Assembly (NCBI GenBank): GCA_937862845.1
Contig: CALMCK010000059.1
Location: forward strand, 1 to 57,924
Source of the DNA: an uncultured Burkholderiaceae bacterium
GTDB taxonomy: Bacteria > Pseudomonadota > Gammaproteobacteria > Burkholderiales > Burkholderiaceae
Direction of reading: 5' to 3'
DNA: 57,924 nt
The notes under the pieces: generated by a model
Told to the model about the DNA's origin: nothing
The model's database searches: none
Seen by the model: the letters and a program-made list of their open reading frames with translations, nothing else
Translations under genes and position numbers: made by a program
In this document: piece after piece, positions 21,888 through 32,429 of the stretch
How positions within the stretch are numbered: position 1 is the stretch's first letter
How the letters are laid out: each line of letters starts with the position of its first letter

Positions 21888-23549
21888 TCATAGTTTGCGC
21901 TCATCGGGTTGCCGCACTTTCAAGGTCGTTTTATGCGGCACAAGCGCCATGCCGTATTCAGCCAACGCCGTGATCGTCAAACTCGGATTCACGCCGAGAT
22001 TCGCGCTCACCACCGAGCCATCACAGATGCGCATGTTTTGATAGCCAAATACTTCCAAACGTTCATTCACCACGCCCTCGACCGCTGTGCGCCCCATGGT
22101 CGCGCCGCCCAAACAATGCGCGGTCATGGGGATGTTGAGCAAAACTTCGGTGATGCTGGTGACGGCGGTGCCGCCCGTGACGCGGGCACCGAGTTGGGCA
22201 AAGTCATTCGCCTCTGGAATGTAAGTTGGGATGGGCGTGCCGATGGTTTGCAAGCGCTTGCCAAAAGGTGAGTACCATGGCCGATCGTATGTCATGGTGA
22301 GGTGCCCGTCCATGGTTTGCATGCACAATAAAATCATGGTTTGTCGAGCGAAGCCAAATGGCAAAATAATTTGCATGGTTTTAATCGGATGGCGCACCAA
22401 TTGACTCAGCATCAACCACAGCCAGCGCAATACCCGACCACGCCCAACCCGACCATGCGTCATCAGCGTCGTTAATGCGCCCATGGCATCCGAGCCGCGC
22501 GGATAGCGCGTCGCTTCGATGTGGGTGTGCTCGTTGAGAAACACGCCTGAGCCGATGGCGACGCCTTTTGAGTTGTCGATGTTTTTATTCGCAGCGCCGA
22601 TGTAGCGCACACCGATGAGCGACTCGGCGTTGGTGCGCACTTTATGGCCGAGCATGTCGGAGATGTGCGGCAGATGGCCTGCCTGTTTCATTTGAAACAA
22701 CAACGCTTGCGTGCCCAGTGCACCACCCGCAAACACAATGCCTTGCGTGGTGAAGCTTTTCTCAATCTTTCGCCAGCCGATGGTCGAGCGCGTGTGCACG
22801 CGGTAACCCGTCGCGCCTGTCGCGCCGTCCAGCGGTATCACTGCGGTGACTTCGGTTTCTGCGTGCACCGTGGCGCCGAGCTGCTCGGCGAAATAGAGGT
22901 AGTTTTTATCCAATGTGTTTTTGGCATTGAATCGACAGCCCATCATGCAGCCGCCGCAACCGATGCAGCTGTTGCGCGCAGGGCCTTTGCCTTCAAAATA
23001 GGGATCAGGGTAACTCGCCCCTTGCGGCTTATCAGCATCGCCAAAAAACACGCCGACATCCGTCACATAATAAGAATCGGCCACGCCCGCGGCTTGCGCC
23101 ATGACTTTCAAACGCTCATCCGCTTCTGCCACTCGTTGGTTTTGGGTGGCGCCGAGCATCCGCTTGGCCGTCGCATAATGCTGCGGCATCAGTCGCGGCC
23201 AATCGGCCAAGCCCGCCCACTCGCCTTGTTGCCACACCACATCCTTGGGCTGCCACAGCGTTTGTGCATACGTGATGGAGCCGCCGCCGACTGCATTGCC
23301 CTGCAAGACAACCACGTGCTTGAAAAACCGCATGTTAAAAAAACCATACAACCCGAGCTTCGGTCTCCAAACATACCGCCGCGCACGCCAGCTTGACTCA
23401 GGTAAATTATCAGGCGTCCAACGCCGCCCCTGCTCCATCACCGCGACACGATAACCCTTTTCTGCCAGCCGCATCGCCGAGACGCTGCCGCCAAAGCCCG
23501 AGCCGATGACAATGTGGTCGTAGTCGTGTTGTTCATTGTGTGGCGTCAT
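21888..23549 (-). CDS. GMC oxidoreductase, cholesterol-oxidase (ChoD)-like
   Basis: VIGSGFGGSVSA, VGGGSITYA, CIGCGGCMMGC, NAKNTLDKNYL, TAHCLGG, NLGVNPSLTI. Start at ATG 23549 after AAGGAG. Confidence 0.88.
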   Translation of the reverse strand: MTPHNEQHDYDHIVIGSGFGGSVSAMRLAEKGYRVAVMEQGRRWTPDNLPESSWRARRYVWRPKLGLYGFFNMRFFKHVVVLQGNAVGGGSITYAQTLWQPKDVVWQQGEWAGLADWPRLMPQHYATAKRMLGATQNQRVAEADERLKVMAQAAGVADSYYVTDVGVFFGDADKPQGASYPDPYFEGKGPARNSCIGCGGCMMGCRFNAKNTLDKNYLYFAEQLGATVHAETEVTAVIPLDGATGATGYRVHTRSTIGWRKIEKSFTTQGIVFAGGALGTQALLFQMKQAGHLPHISDMLGHKVRTNAESLIGVRYIGAANKNIDNSKGVAIGSGVFLNEHTHIEATRYPRGSDAMGALTTLMTHGRVGRGRVLRWLWLMLSQLVRHPIKTMQIILPFGFARQTMILLCMQTMDGHLTMTYDRPWYSPFGKRLQTIGTPIPTYIPEANDFAQLGARVTGGTAVTSITEVLLNIPMTAHCLGGATMGRTAVEGVVNERLEVFGYQNMRICDGSVVSANLGVNPSLTITALAEYGMALVPHKTTLKVRQPDERKL

Positions 23550-23778
23550 CACTGCTCCTTGAATTCGTGTGCGGGTATTGCTGCGGGTATTCATGCTCCT
23601 CAGATTTTATACTTTTATGACACGAAGTCCACTATTGTTGATATTTTTATGGGATTTATCTGCTTTTTATCTGTAGTTAAACGCTGTTACTGCGTTATTA
23701 ACCGATTCACGGCAGGTTTTGTGCCACATCGGCAGCGCTTTACGTTAAAATCCATGCCAAATCAACAATGAGAACACC

Positions 23779-24570
23779 ATGTCAAAAATCACCCGCATCA
23801 TCAGCGCCAACCTCAACGGCATCCGCTCGGCCACCCGCAAAGGCTTTCTCGAATGGATAGCCACCCAAAACGCCGACTTCATCTGCGTGCAAGAACTCAA
23901 GGCACAGCACCCCGATTTATCCGACGACATGCGCGCACCACATGGCATGACTGGCTACTTTCACTGCGCCACCAAAAAAGGCTACAGCGGTGTCGGCTTG
24001 TACACGCGCCACACACCCGACGAGGTGATTTATGGGTTCGATGATGGTGGCGAGTTTGACAACGAAGGGCGTTGCGTTGAAGCGCGTTTCGGCAATCTGT
24101 CGGTCATCAGCGTCTACTTCACCTCAGGTTCAAATGATGACGCGGCCAAACAGGCCTCAAAATTTCGCTTTTTGGCATTGTTTTTGCCGCACATTTTGTC
24201 GCTGAAAGCCGCTGGGCGCGAGCTGGTGATTTGCGGTGATGTGAACATCGCCCACCACGAAATCGATTTAAAAAACTGGAAAGGCAATCTGAAAAACTCA
24301 GGATTCCTACCCGAAGAGCGCGACTGGCTGACTCAATTTTTGAGTGAGGCAGACCTCAAAGACGTCTACCGCGTCCTCGAACCCGACACACACCAATACA
24401 CATGGTGGAGCAACCGAGGTCAAGCCCGCGCCAACAACGTCGGCTGGCGCATCGACTACCAACTCGCCTCCAGCCACATCGCCGCCAAAGCCATCGCCAC
24501 CTCAGTCTACCGCGACAATATGTTTTCCGACCACGCCCCTGTCATCATGGATTACGAGCGCTTGCTTTAA
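23779..24570 (+). CDS. xth: Exodeoxyribonuclease III
   Basis: SANLNGIRS, CVQELK, GYSGV, GDVNIAH, YTWWSNR, GWRIDY, SDHAP. Confidence 0.96.
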   Translation: MSKITRIISANLNGIRSATRKGFLEWIATQNADFICVQELKAQHPDLSDDMRAPHGMTGYFHCATKKGYSGVGLYTRHTPDEVIYGFDDGGEFDNEGRCVEARFGNLSVISVYFTSGSNDDAAKQASKFRFLALFLPHILSLKAAGRELVICGDVNIAHHEIDLKNWKGNLKNSGFLPEERDWLTQFLSEADLKDVYRVLEPDTHQYTWWSNRGQARANNVGWRIDYQLASSHIAAKAIATSVYRDNMFSDHAPVIMDYERLL

Positions 24571-24616
24571 ACCACAAACCATCCAACCGACTCATCAATA
24601 CCTCTAGAAAGACCCT

Positions 24617-26359
24617 ATGAATCTCGCCACCCTTGCCGCCCCGCTCAACACCCGACCTTGGCGCCTCATCAGTTTACTCGTGCTGGGCTTCGCGTCAGGC
24701 TTGCCGCTCGCACTGACGGGACAAGCCATGCAGGCGTGGCTGACCACGGCAGGCATGGCAACTGCGACCATTGGTATGTTCAGCTTGGTGGCGCAACCTT
24801 ACGCTTATAAATTCATCTGGGCGCCATTGATGGATCGCTTCGAGCCTCCGTTTTTAGGGCGACGGCGCGGTTGGCTGGTGCTGACTCAACTGGGTTTGGC
24901 GGCATTGATATTCACCATGTCCACCCTTGACCCTCTGGCAACACCTTATGTCTTTTCTGCGGCAGCGCTGGCCGTGGCGTTTTTATCGTCGTCTCAAGAC
25001 GTGGTGATTGACGCTTACCGCACCGACGTGTCGCCCACATCAGAGCGTGGTTTGGCGGCCAGTTTGGGCGTGTTTGGTTATCGTTTGGCCATGATTGTGT
25101 CTGGCGGCATGGCTTTCATTTTGGCCGACTCGTTGGGCTGGAGCAATGTGTATCGCTTGATGGCGATGATTATGGTTGGCATGGCGGTGTTTTCTATTTT
25201 CACGCCAATCATTGCCGATGATGAAATGCAGACTCAACGTCAAAGCGATTTTTCACGCTTCGCCGTCATGGTGCTTGCGGCGGTTTTGGCATTTTATGCT
25301 GCGCGCACGGCACTGGCGAGCTGGGTATGGCCTGCTGAGGACGTGATGCCTGCTGCACGCTCGATATTTCTTGGACTGCTGCCGTTGTCTGCGGCACTGC
25401 TGACGGCGGAAGCGGCGGGGCGATTGATGCGCTTTAAAGCACGCAAAGACGTGAGCGGTTTTATTTACATGCTGTTTGGCGTTTTGGTTGGCTATTACGT
25501 GGGCGATGCGATTGCCTCTGTGCTCAACACATCCGTCACTGCGCTGATTACCGACGCGGGCATGGCGGAGAAATTTGTGCCGAAGTGGGTTGATTTGGTG
25601 CAAACTTTGCTGATTCTGTCCTGCGTGATTCCAGGTGCCTATTTTGGCGCCAAGCTGGCACAGTTTGAGCTGTTGCTCACGCCTTTAAAAAACTACTTTG
25701 ACCGTGATGCGGCATGGGCATTTTTGTTTTTGATTATTCTTTACAAACTCGGCGATGCTTTTGCGGGCAGTCTGTCCACCACTTTTTTACTCAAAGGCGC
25801 ATTGTTTTCTCAAACCGAAGTGGGCTTGGTGAATAAAATGTTTGGCATGTTTGCCACCATCGTCGGTGCGATTTTCGGTGGTGCGCTGATGTTGCGGCTC
25901 GGTTTGTTCCGCGCCTTATTGGTGTTTGGTGTATTACAAGCCGTGTCCAATCTGGGTTTTTGGATGCTAGCCGAATTCGGTAAAGATGCTTGGGGGCATC
26001 TCACCTTCTCGACTGGCGGCATCACACAATTCCTCACGGGCAATAAAGAGCTGGGCGCAGACATGCTCATCGACAACTTACTGCTCGCGGTGGTTTGCTT
26101 TGAAAACATCACGGGTGGCATGGGCACCACAGCATTTGTGGCGCTGCTGATGGCGATAGCGAAAGGTGGCCACAGCTTGGTTCACTTTGCGCTGCTCTCA
26201 GCATTTGCTGCCATTGGTCGAATCTATGTCGGCCCTATTTCTGGCGTGCTGTCCGAAACCATTGGCTGGTCAGATTTCTTTATCTTTGGTACAGTGATGG
26301 CCATTCCGGGCATTGTTTTGTTGTGGCGCATGAGGAAAAAAATTGTGGCCTTGGCTTAA
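24617..26359 (+). CDS. ampG: AmpG family muropeptide MFS transporter (long form)
   Basis: LGFASGLPLAL, KFIWAPLMDR, GRRRGWL, SQDVVIDAYR, YKLGDAF. Confidence 0.92.
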   Translation: MNLATLAAPLNTRPWRLISLLVLGFASGLPLALTGQAMQAWLTTAGMATATIGMFSLVAQPYAYKFIWAPLMDRFEPPFLGRRRGWLVLTQLGLAALIFTMSTLDPLATPYVFSAAALAVAFLSSSQDVVIDAYRTDVSPTSERGLAASLGVFGYRLAMIVSGGMAFILADSLGWSNVYRLMAMIMVGMAVFSIFTPIIADDEMQTQRQSDFSRFAVMVLAAVLAFYAARTALASWVWPAEDVMPAARSIFLGLLPLSAALLTAEAAGRLMRFKARKDVSGFIYMLFGVLVGYYVGDAIASVLNTSVTALITDAGMAEKFVPKWVDLVQTLLILSCVIPGAYFGAKLAQFELLLTPLKNYFDRDAAWAFLFLIILYKLGDAFAGSLSTTFLLKGALFSQTEVGLVNKMFGMFATIVGAIFGGALMLRLGLFRALLVFGVLQAVSNLGFWMLAEFGKDAWGHLTFSTGGITQFLTGNKELGADMLIDNLLLAVVCFENITGGMGTTAFVALLMAIAKGGHSLVHFALLSAFAAIGRIYVGPISGVLSETIGWSDFFIFGTVMAIPGIVLLWRMRKKIVALA

Positions 26360-26363
26360 ACCT

Positions 26364-26393
26364 AAAACACCGCCCAAATGGGCGGTGTTTTTT
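26364..26393. terminator. Bidirectional terminator between ampG and phaM
   Basis: AAAACACCGCCCA-AA-TGGGCGGTGTTTTTT between convergent genes. Confidence 0.85.
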
Positions 26394-26430
26394 ATAGGGT
26401 GTTGTTTGGTTATTTCTGGCTGCTCGTCGC

Positions 26431-27057
26431 TCACGCTGCGGGTTTTTTGCGAGTGGCTGGCTTGGCCTTTGGTTTGGCTGCTGCTGCTTTTGCTTTGGCG
26501 GTGGTGCTTTTCGGCGGGTCAGTTGCGTCAGCGGCCACGGCTGCGTCGTCGAACACTGATTTGGCCAATTGACCAAACTGATTCTGCAATCCGCTCCACC
26601 AGCTTTGCGCCATTTGCTCAAATGCAGCGGGCATGGCGGACGCGTCAGCAGGCGCTGCGTTATCGCTGGTTGCTGATTGCGGGTCGGTTTGAGTGGCTTC
26701 GGTCGCATTGTCTGCGCCATCGGTGGCTTCAGCTGTTTGGCCAAATGCGCCTGCATTTGCAAAGCCGCTCATCGCATTGGCTGACATCTCTTGCCACTGA
26801 GCGAGCGCGAGCAACGTTTGTTTTTGTACTTGCAGCTGCTGCACGCCGCTGTTGACCATTTGCAAATTCATGTTCAACCACTGCGCCACCGATTCGAGCT
26901 GGGCAATCCGCTCATCGAGGCTCTCGATATTTTGTTGCGCATCATTGAGCAACGGGTTCACCATCGGCATGCCTGCAAACATGTCGGACGGTGCTTGCTC
27001 GGGCGCACCGCTGGTCTGATTGGGCCAATTAAAAAACGGTGGCATTTGGTTGAACAT
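26431..27057 (-). CDS. phaM: PhaM-like PHA granule/nucleoid-associated protein
   Basis: LDERIAQLESVAQWLNMNLQM...LQVQKQTL coiled coil, WWSGLQNQFGQLA, Lys/Ala/Pro-rich tail. AAGGAG precedes ATG 27057. Confidence 0.75.
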   Translation of the reverse strand: MFNQMPPFFNWPNQTSGAPEQAPSDMFAGMPMVNPLLNDAQQNIESLDERIAQLESVAQWLNMNLQMVNSGVQQLQVQKQTLLALAQWQEMSANAMSGFANAGAFGQTAEATDGADNATEATQTDPQSATSDNAAPADASAMPAAFEQMAQSWWSGLQNQFGQLAKSVFDDAAVAADATDPPKSTTAKAKAAAAKPKAKPATRKKPAA

Positions 27058-27205
27058 GGCAAACTCCTTTGACAATCGGTGGTGTGGGTTGAAATGCATC
27101 ATACGCCTTTTTCACCCAAAATCCAACGCGTCAACCAAATCACCCGCAACGGCCTTAAATGCACTCCGCCACATCACGAGTCCAGCAAGCTCGGTATAAT
27201 CCACC

Positions 27206-28264
27206 ATGACCACCTCACCTCTGCGCCGCACCCTCATCGCCAGCGCCCTACTTCACACCGCTCTCGCCGCCACACTGTGGTTGAACGCGGCAGACTATAC
27301 CGTGGACGCCATCAAACCACCCGAGGTCATCGACACCACCATCCTGCCGCCGCCCGAGCCCGTGGTTGAAACACCTGCCCCCAGCCTCGCACCGACGGCC
27401 AAAAAAAATCAAGCGCACGCAGGCAAAGCCGCCGCCAAAGGCATGAACAGCCAAGCCAAAGACACCGTGGGTGACAATGCCAACGCCGACGGCAACACCG
27501 CCAGCGCAGGCAATGCCGATGCCGCCGACAAGACAGGCGATGCGCAAGGCCAAGGCCTCACGGGCGCCGATAAAGGCGCGACAGAAACGCCGAGCGTGGC
27601 AGAGTTACCCAGCGGTGTGCCCGTGGATGTCAAACCATCTGGCGGTTTCACAGTCAAATACAATGTGACATCAACGGGCAAACTTGATTTGGGTGGCAGC
27701 GGGAGTTTCACATACAAACGGGATGAAGCAAATTATTCAGCCGACTTAAGCATCACCGCATCTCCATTCAAAGTGGGCGCCCACTCAAAGGGTGAAATCC
27801 GTCCAAACACACTCGCCACAACGGAGTTTCACGACGGATACAGCATTTTTGGTATTGGAAAAAATGGCAGTCGTTACAAAATTAAATACAATGAAGAATT
27901 GGTTGATTTTAATGGGAAAGGCGGTGCCAAACCATTGCCAGCCAAAGCCATGTTTGACTACGTATCTGCCATTGTTTACATACAGTCTTTGTTGCAGCAA
28001 GGCAAACACCCACAGACACTGAGCCTGTATGTGGGTAAAAAATCTGACAGCACTAAAGCCACCGTGACTTTTGGCACCATGGAAAACATTTCAGTCTACA
28101 ATGACCCTACAAGCTACCCAGCCATCCCAGCCTCATTCGCTATTGAAAGTGGCAGCATCAAAAGCCTGACCATTTGGTTTGTCCCGAGCAAACAAAGCCT
28201 GCCTTATAAAATGTCCATCGTTTTAAAAGAAGGCACAACCGTGATTCTTAATAAGACCGAATAA
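27206..28264 (+). CDS. Membrane-anchored protein: N-terminal SxxxH anchor, Pro/Ala-rich linker, DUF3108-like beta-rich C-domain
   Basis: LIASALLHTAL anchor, low-complexity linker, C-terminal IWFVPSKQSLPYKM resembling the DUF3108 WLAP..LPVxI motif. Confidence 0.6.
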   Translation: MTTSPLRRTLIASALLHTALAATLWLNAADYTVDAIKPPEVIDTTILPPPEPVVETPAPSLAPTAKKNQAHAGKAAAKGMNSQAKDTVGDNANADGNTASAGNADAADKTGDAQGQGLTGADKGATETPSVAELPSGVPVDVKPSGGFTVKYNVTSTGKLDLGGSGSFTYKRDEANYSADLSITASPFKVGAHSKGEIRPNTLATTEFHDGYSIFGIGKNGSRYKIKYNEELVDFNGKGGAKPLPAKAMFDYVSAIVYIQSLLQQGKHPQTLSLYVGKKSDSTKATVTFGTMENISVYNDPTSYPAIPASFAIESGSIKSLTIWFVPSKQSLPYKMSIVLKEGTTVILNKTE

Positions 28265-28482
28265 CGCATGGTAAAGCGCCTTACCACCATCACAGCAGAC
28301 ATCACACTGAACAGCTGCGTGATGAAATCATCCCAGCCACATCGACCGTTACCCACTTTTCGAGCGGCAGCTTGAAAACTTTGAGCGTCTGGTTTGCCAA
28401 CAGCGAAGCGCATTTACCGATTAAACTCAACATCAAACTCACAGACAATAACCAAATCAATCTTTTACAAGTCCAACCATGA
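28265..28482 (+). pseudogene. Start-less, diverged copy of the C-terminus of the upstream DUF3108-like gene
   Basis: Frame ending at TGA 28480-28482 reads ...LRDEIIPATSTVTHFSSGSLKTLSVWFANSEAHLPIKLNIKLTDNNQINLLQVQP*, matching SGSIKSLTIWFVPSKQSLPYKMSIVL of the upstream ORF at 13 of 26 positions. Confidence 0.7.
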
Positions 28483-28940
28483 TTCAATTCACCCACACCC
28501 TTGCTGTCAATCAGCCAAACCAACCCGCCCTCGATTTAACACAAATCTGGAATGGTCTCATTCTGCGCATCATCGAACAACCTCGCTTCACACCTGGATT
28601 GGATCGCGTGGAATTATTGGAACAAAATCCCCCAGAGCAGCCGACGCGTTATCGACGCGCTTTGCATTTTGGCGAGCACGTGGTGTGCGATGCAGTATCC
28701 ATCACGCCGCAGCAGTCGATTGAGTTCGTGACTGAGGCAAACGATGCCACACCATCGGGTCGATTGCTGATTGAAGTGAACCCTGATTTATCTTTGACAC
28801 TCTCTTATGCGACCGAGTTTCCAGAGGCCTCTAGCGCTGAAGAGGAGCAGCTGCTCGGCATGGTGCAAGCCGCTTATCACGCGGCGGATGTGGACATGAT
28901 TCGCATCATCCGTGAATGCGCTTTGAGCGTGCGGCATTGA
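28479..28940 (+). CDS. DUF1857/AtaL-like SRPBCC domain protein
   Basis: MIQFTHTLAVN.P, QIWNGLILRIIEQPRF.PGL, RALHFG, AAYHAADVDMIRIIR. Confidence 0.75.
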   Translation: MIQFTHTLAVNQPNQPALDLTQIWNGLILRIIEQPRFTPGLDRVELLEQNPPEQPTRYRRALHFGEHVVCDAVSITPQQSIEFVTEANDATPSGRLLIEVNPDLSLTLSYATEFPEASSAEEEQLLGMVQAAYHAADVDMIRIIRECALSVRH

Positions 28941-28993
28941 TTTAAATTTTTGCAACGCAGCATCGATAGTTGCGAAATTTATGGCCCACCAAC

Positions 28994-29022
28994 TTGCAAG
29001 TGCCGAGCAATCGGCGTAACCT
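28994..29022 (+). promoter_or_regulatory. Putative sigma70 promoter of hpf
   Basis: TTGCAA-17 nt-TAACCT. Confidence 0.45.
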
Positions 29023-29145
29023 AAAAGCCATGCGTTGCCGAATCAGAAAGCAGCGTAGGGACAGCAAGTTGTTTTCCACAGCACGATGTATGCCGCTTAT
29101 GTTTATGGTTTACAGCGTGCCCAAACTGTATGACGGAGGTTTATC

Positions 29146-29463
29146 ATGAATGTTCAATTATCAGGTCACCATGTCGAAGTCACCCCAGCGTTGCGCGACT
29201 ATCTCACCGAAAAACTCACCCGCGTCAAGCGCCATTTCCCACAAGCCATCGAAGTCCAAGCCACTCTTTCTGTTGAAAAAGATGAACACAAGGCATCCCT
29301 GCATTTACACAGCAAGGGACACGACTTCCACGCAGAGGACGTCGAAAAGGACTTGTACGCAGCCATCGATTTAGTGACAGACAAATTGGACAAGCAAGTG
29401 CGTCGCTTCAACGACAAAAACAAAACCCACCACTCCGACGTCAAACGACAAGAAGTCGCATAA
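29146..29463 (+). CDS. hpf: Ribosome hibernation promoting factor (HPF/RaiA family)
   Basis: MNVQLSGHHVEVTPALRDY...DLYAAIDLVTDKLDKQV; GGAGG RBS. Confidence 0.95.
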   Translation: MNVQLSGHHVEVTPALRDYLTEKLTRVKRHFPQAIEVQATLSVEKDEHKASLHLHSKGHDFHAEDVEKDLYAAIDLVTDKLDKQVRRFNDKNKTHHSDVKRQEVA

Positions 29464-29483
29464 ACCTCACCATGCACCACAAC

Positions 29484-29508
29484 ATCGCGCTTTCGAGCGC
29501 GATTTTTT
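29484..29508 (+). terminator. Intrinsic terminator after hpf
   Basis: ATCGCGCT-TTCG-AGCGCGAT followed by a T tract. Confidence 0.8.
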
Positions 29509-29676
29509 ATGCGCCACGCTCGGGCCATGTTAAAATTCGCCCTCGCTCATGAGCGCCTTGCTCGATGCGTTTTGTGCCTCCGATAGGCACGCCGCTGGTT
29601 TGAACTATTTTTCAACACCCGCGCCCTTTTAACCCTACAACGTCAGCCCTCGCTGTTGGTTGTATCAAGGAAATTT

Positions 29677-30219
29677 ATGATTAATCTTTTTAGTTTTTTG
29701 TATTTAGCGACCGTCGTGTTGGCCAATTTAACCTTCGCGCATTTCATGCAAGGGGATGACCTCCACACCCTGTTGATTGCCGACGGTGTGATTTGCTTTT
29801 TGACCATCGGTTTTGACATGGCGATACGCGACAAGCTGCACGATGCTTGGCACCACCGTGGCCTTTTTTGGAAAATGCCTGCGTTGATTTTATCCGGCTC
29901 TGTCATCAGTTATTTAATCAACCGCGAGGCACAAGAGGTCGCCATCGCGTCGTTTACCGCATTTGCCGCAGCGGGCTTTGTCGATTTTTTGATTTACCAC
30001 GGATTGCGCGAACGCAGCCGCTGGCAACGCGTCAACGGCTCCAATGTGGTCAGTGCCGCTGTGGATTCATTGGCGTTCCCCATCATGGCCTTTGGCTTGC
30101 CGATGCAGTGGAATTTCTTCGCGGTGGAGTTCGCCACCAAAGTCATGGGCGGTGTTTTGTGGTTTGTCGTGATTGGTTATCTGATTGCTAAATACACCAA
30201 GCGCCACGCCGCCGCGTGA
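29677..30219 (+). CDS. VUT family (YhhQ/DUF165-like) putative queuosine precursor transporter
   Basis: VVLAN, AIRD, AIASFTAF...VDFLIY, SNVVSAAVDSLAF..MAF motifs; about 6 TM segments; AAGGA before ATG 29677. Confidence 0.8.
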   Translation: MINLFSFLYLATVVLANLTFAHFMQGDDLHTLLIADGVICFLTIGFDMAIRDKLHDAWHHRGLFWKMPALILSGSVISYLINREAQEVAIASFTAFAAAGFVDFLIYHGLRERSRWQRVNGSNVVSAAVDSLAFPIMAFGLPMQWNFFAVEFATKVMGGVLWFVVIGYLIAKYTKRHAAA

Positions 30220-30231
30220 TGCCAAACACCT

Positions 30232-30270
30232 ATAAAAAACCGATGGTCGCAGCGACCATCGGTTTTTTAT
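30232..30270. terminator. Bidirectional terminator
   Basis: ATAAAAAACCGATGGTCGC-A-GCGACCATCGGTTTTTTAT between convergent genes. Confidence 0.88.
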
Positions 30271-30291
30271 TCAACTTTTTATTCAGCGCGC

Positions 30292-30492
30292 TTAACGCTC
30301 GATAAACCACATCATCACGCTTTTAAGCAAAAAACCAACCACGCCCAAAATCAAAGCAAGCAACAACACCATGGTGCCGTATCGCCCTGCTTTGGACTGG
30401 CGTGCCAGATTGAGCACGATGAAAACCATCAACAATATCAAGCCGCCCACACCCACATACATCATCATATCGCTCAGTTGCGCCTCGGTCAT
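30292..30492 (-). CDS. DUF2788 family small membrane protein
   Basis: MVFIVLNLARQSKAGRYGT; two TM helices. Confidence 0.8.
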   Translation of the reverse strand: MTEAQLSDMMMYVGVGGLILLMVFIVLNLARQSKAGRYGTMVLLLALILGVVGFLLKSVMMWFIER

Positions 30493-30493
30493 A

Positions 30494-31036
30494 TCAGTCT
30501 TTCTTGCCTGCGTGCTTGTTTAACCATGAGGCCAACATGTGTGGTTGCAACGCATCGTAGGCTTCGAAGGGTTGATGTATCCATGGGCTGTTGTCCAGCA
30601 AGTCCACGCAGAAGTCAGGTTCTTGTTTCGCCCAACCTTTGCGCCACAGCACTGCTGAACGCACATCGGTGATCGCTGGGTAGTGTTCTTTCAAATGCTT
30701 TTTGACCGCATCGAGCGTCACACCTGTGTCGATTAAATCATCGACCAGCAACACACTGCCCGACAGTTCACCCTGCGTCATCGAGATATTTTTGCCAATG
30801 TGTAAGTCGCCCTGCTCCTTGCCGACCGCTTCGCGATACGAGCTGGTAGACAGCACGGCGAGTGGTTTGTCGAAAATTCGACACAGCACATTGCCCGCGA
30901 CCAAGCCGCCGCGCGCGAGAGACAGCACGACGTCGAACTGCCAGTTTGACTCATAAACCTGTAATGCCAAACGCTCAATCATGCGGTGATAGGCTTGCCA
31001 ATCAACATACAAATCGGTTTCGGTGGTTTGTTGCAT
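30494..31036 (-). CDS. Purine phosphoribosyltransferase family protein
   Basis: LARGG, VLLVDDLIDTGVTL PRPP motif, WIHQPFE; directly downstream of purA. Confidence 0.9.
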   Translation of the reverse strand: MQQTTETDLYVDWQAYHRMIERLALQVYESNWQFDVVLSLARGGLVAGNVLCRIFDKPLAVLSTSSYREAVGKEQGDLHIGKNISMTQGELSGSVLLVDDLIDTGVTLDAVKKHLKEHYPAITDVRSAVLWRKGWAKQEPDFCVDLLDNSPWIHQPFEAYDALQPHMLASWLNKHAGKKD

Positions 31037-31082
31037 GATTTTTCCTTATCGCTTATTTTTTATTTCAAAATCAAAAAATGAA

Positions 31083-32417
<1,335 letters not shown>

Positions 32418-32429
32418 TCAACCGCTCGC

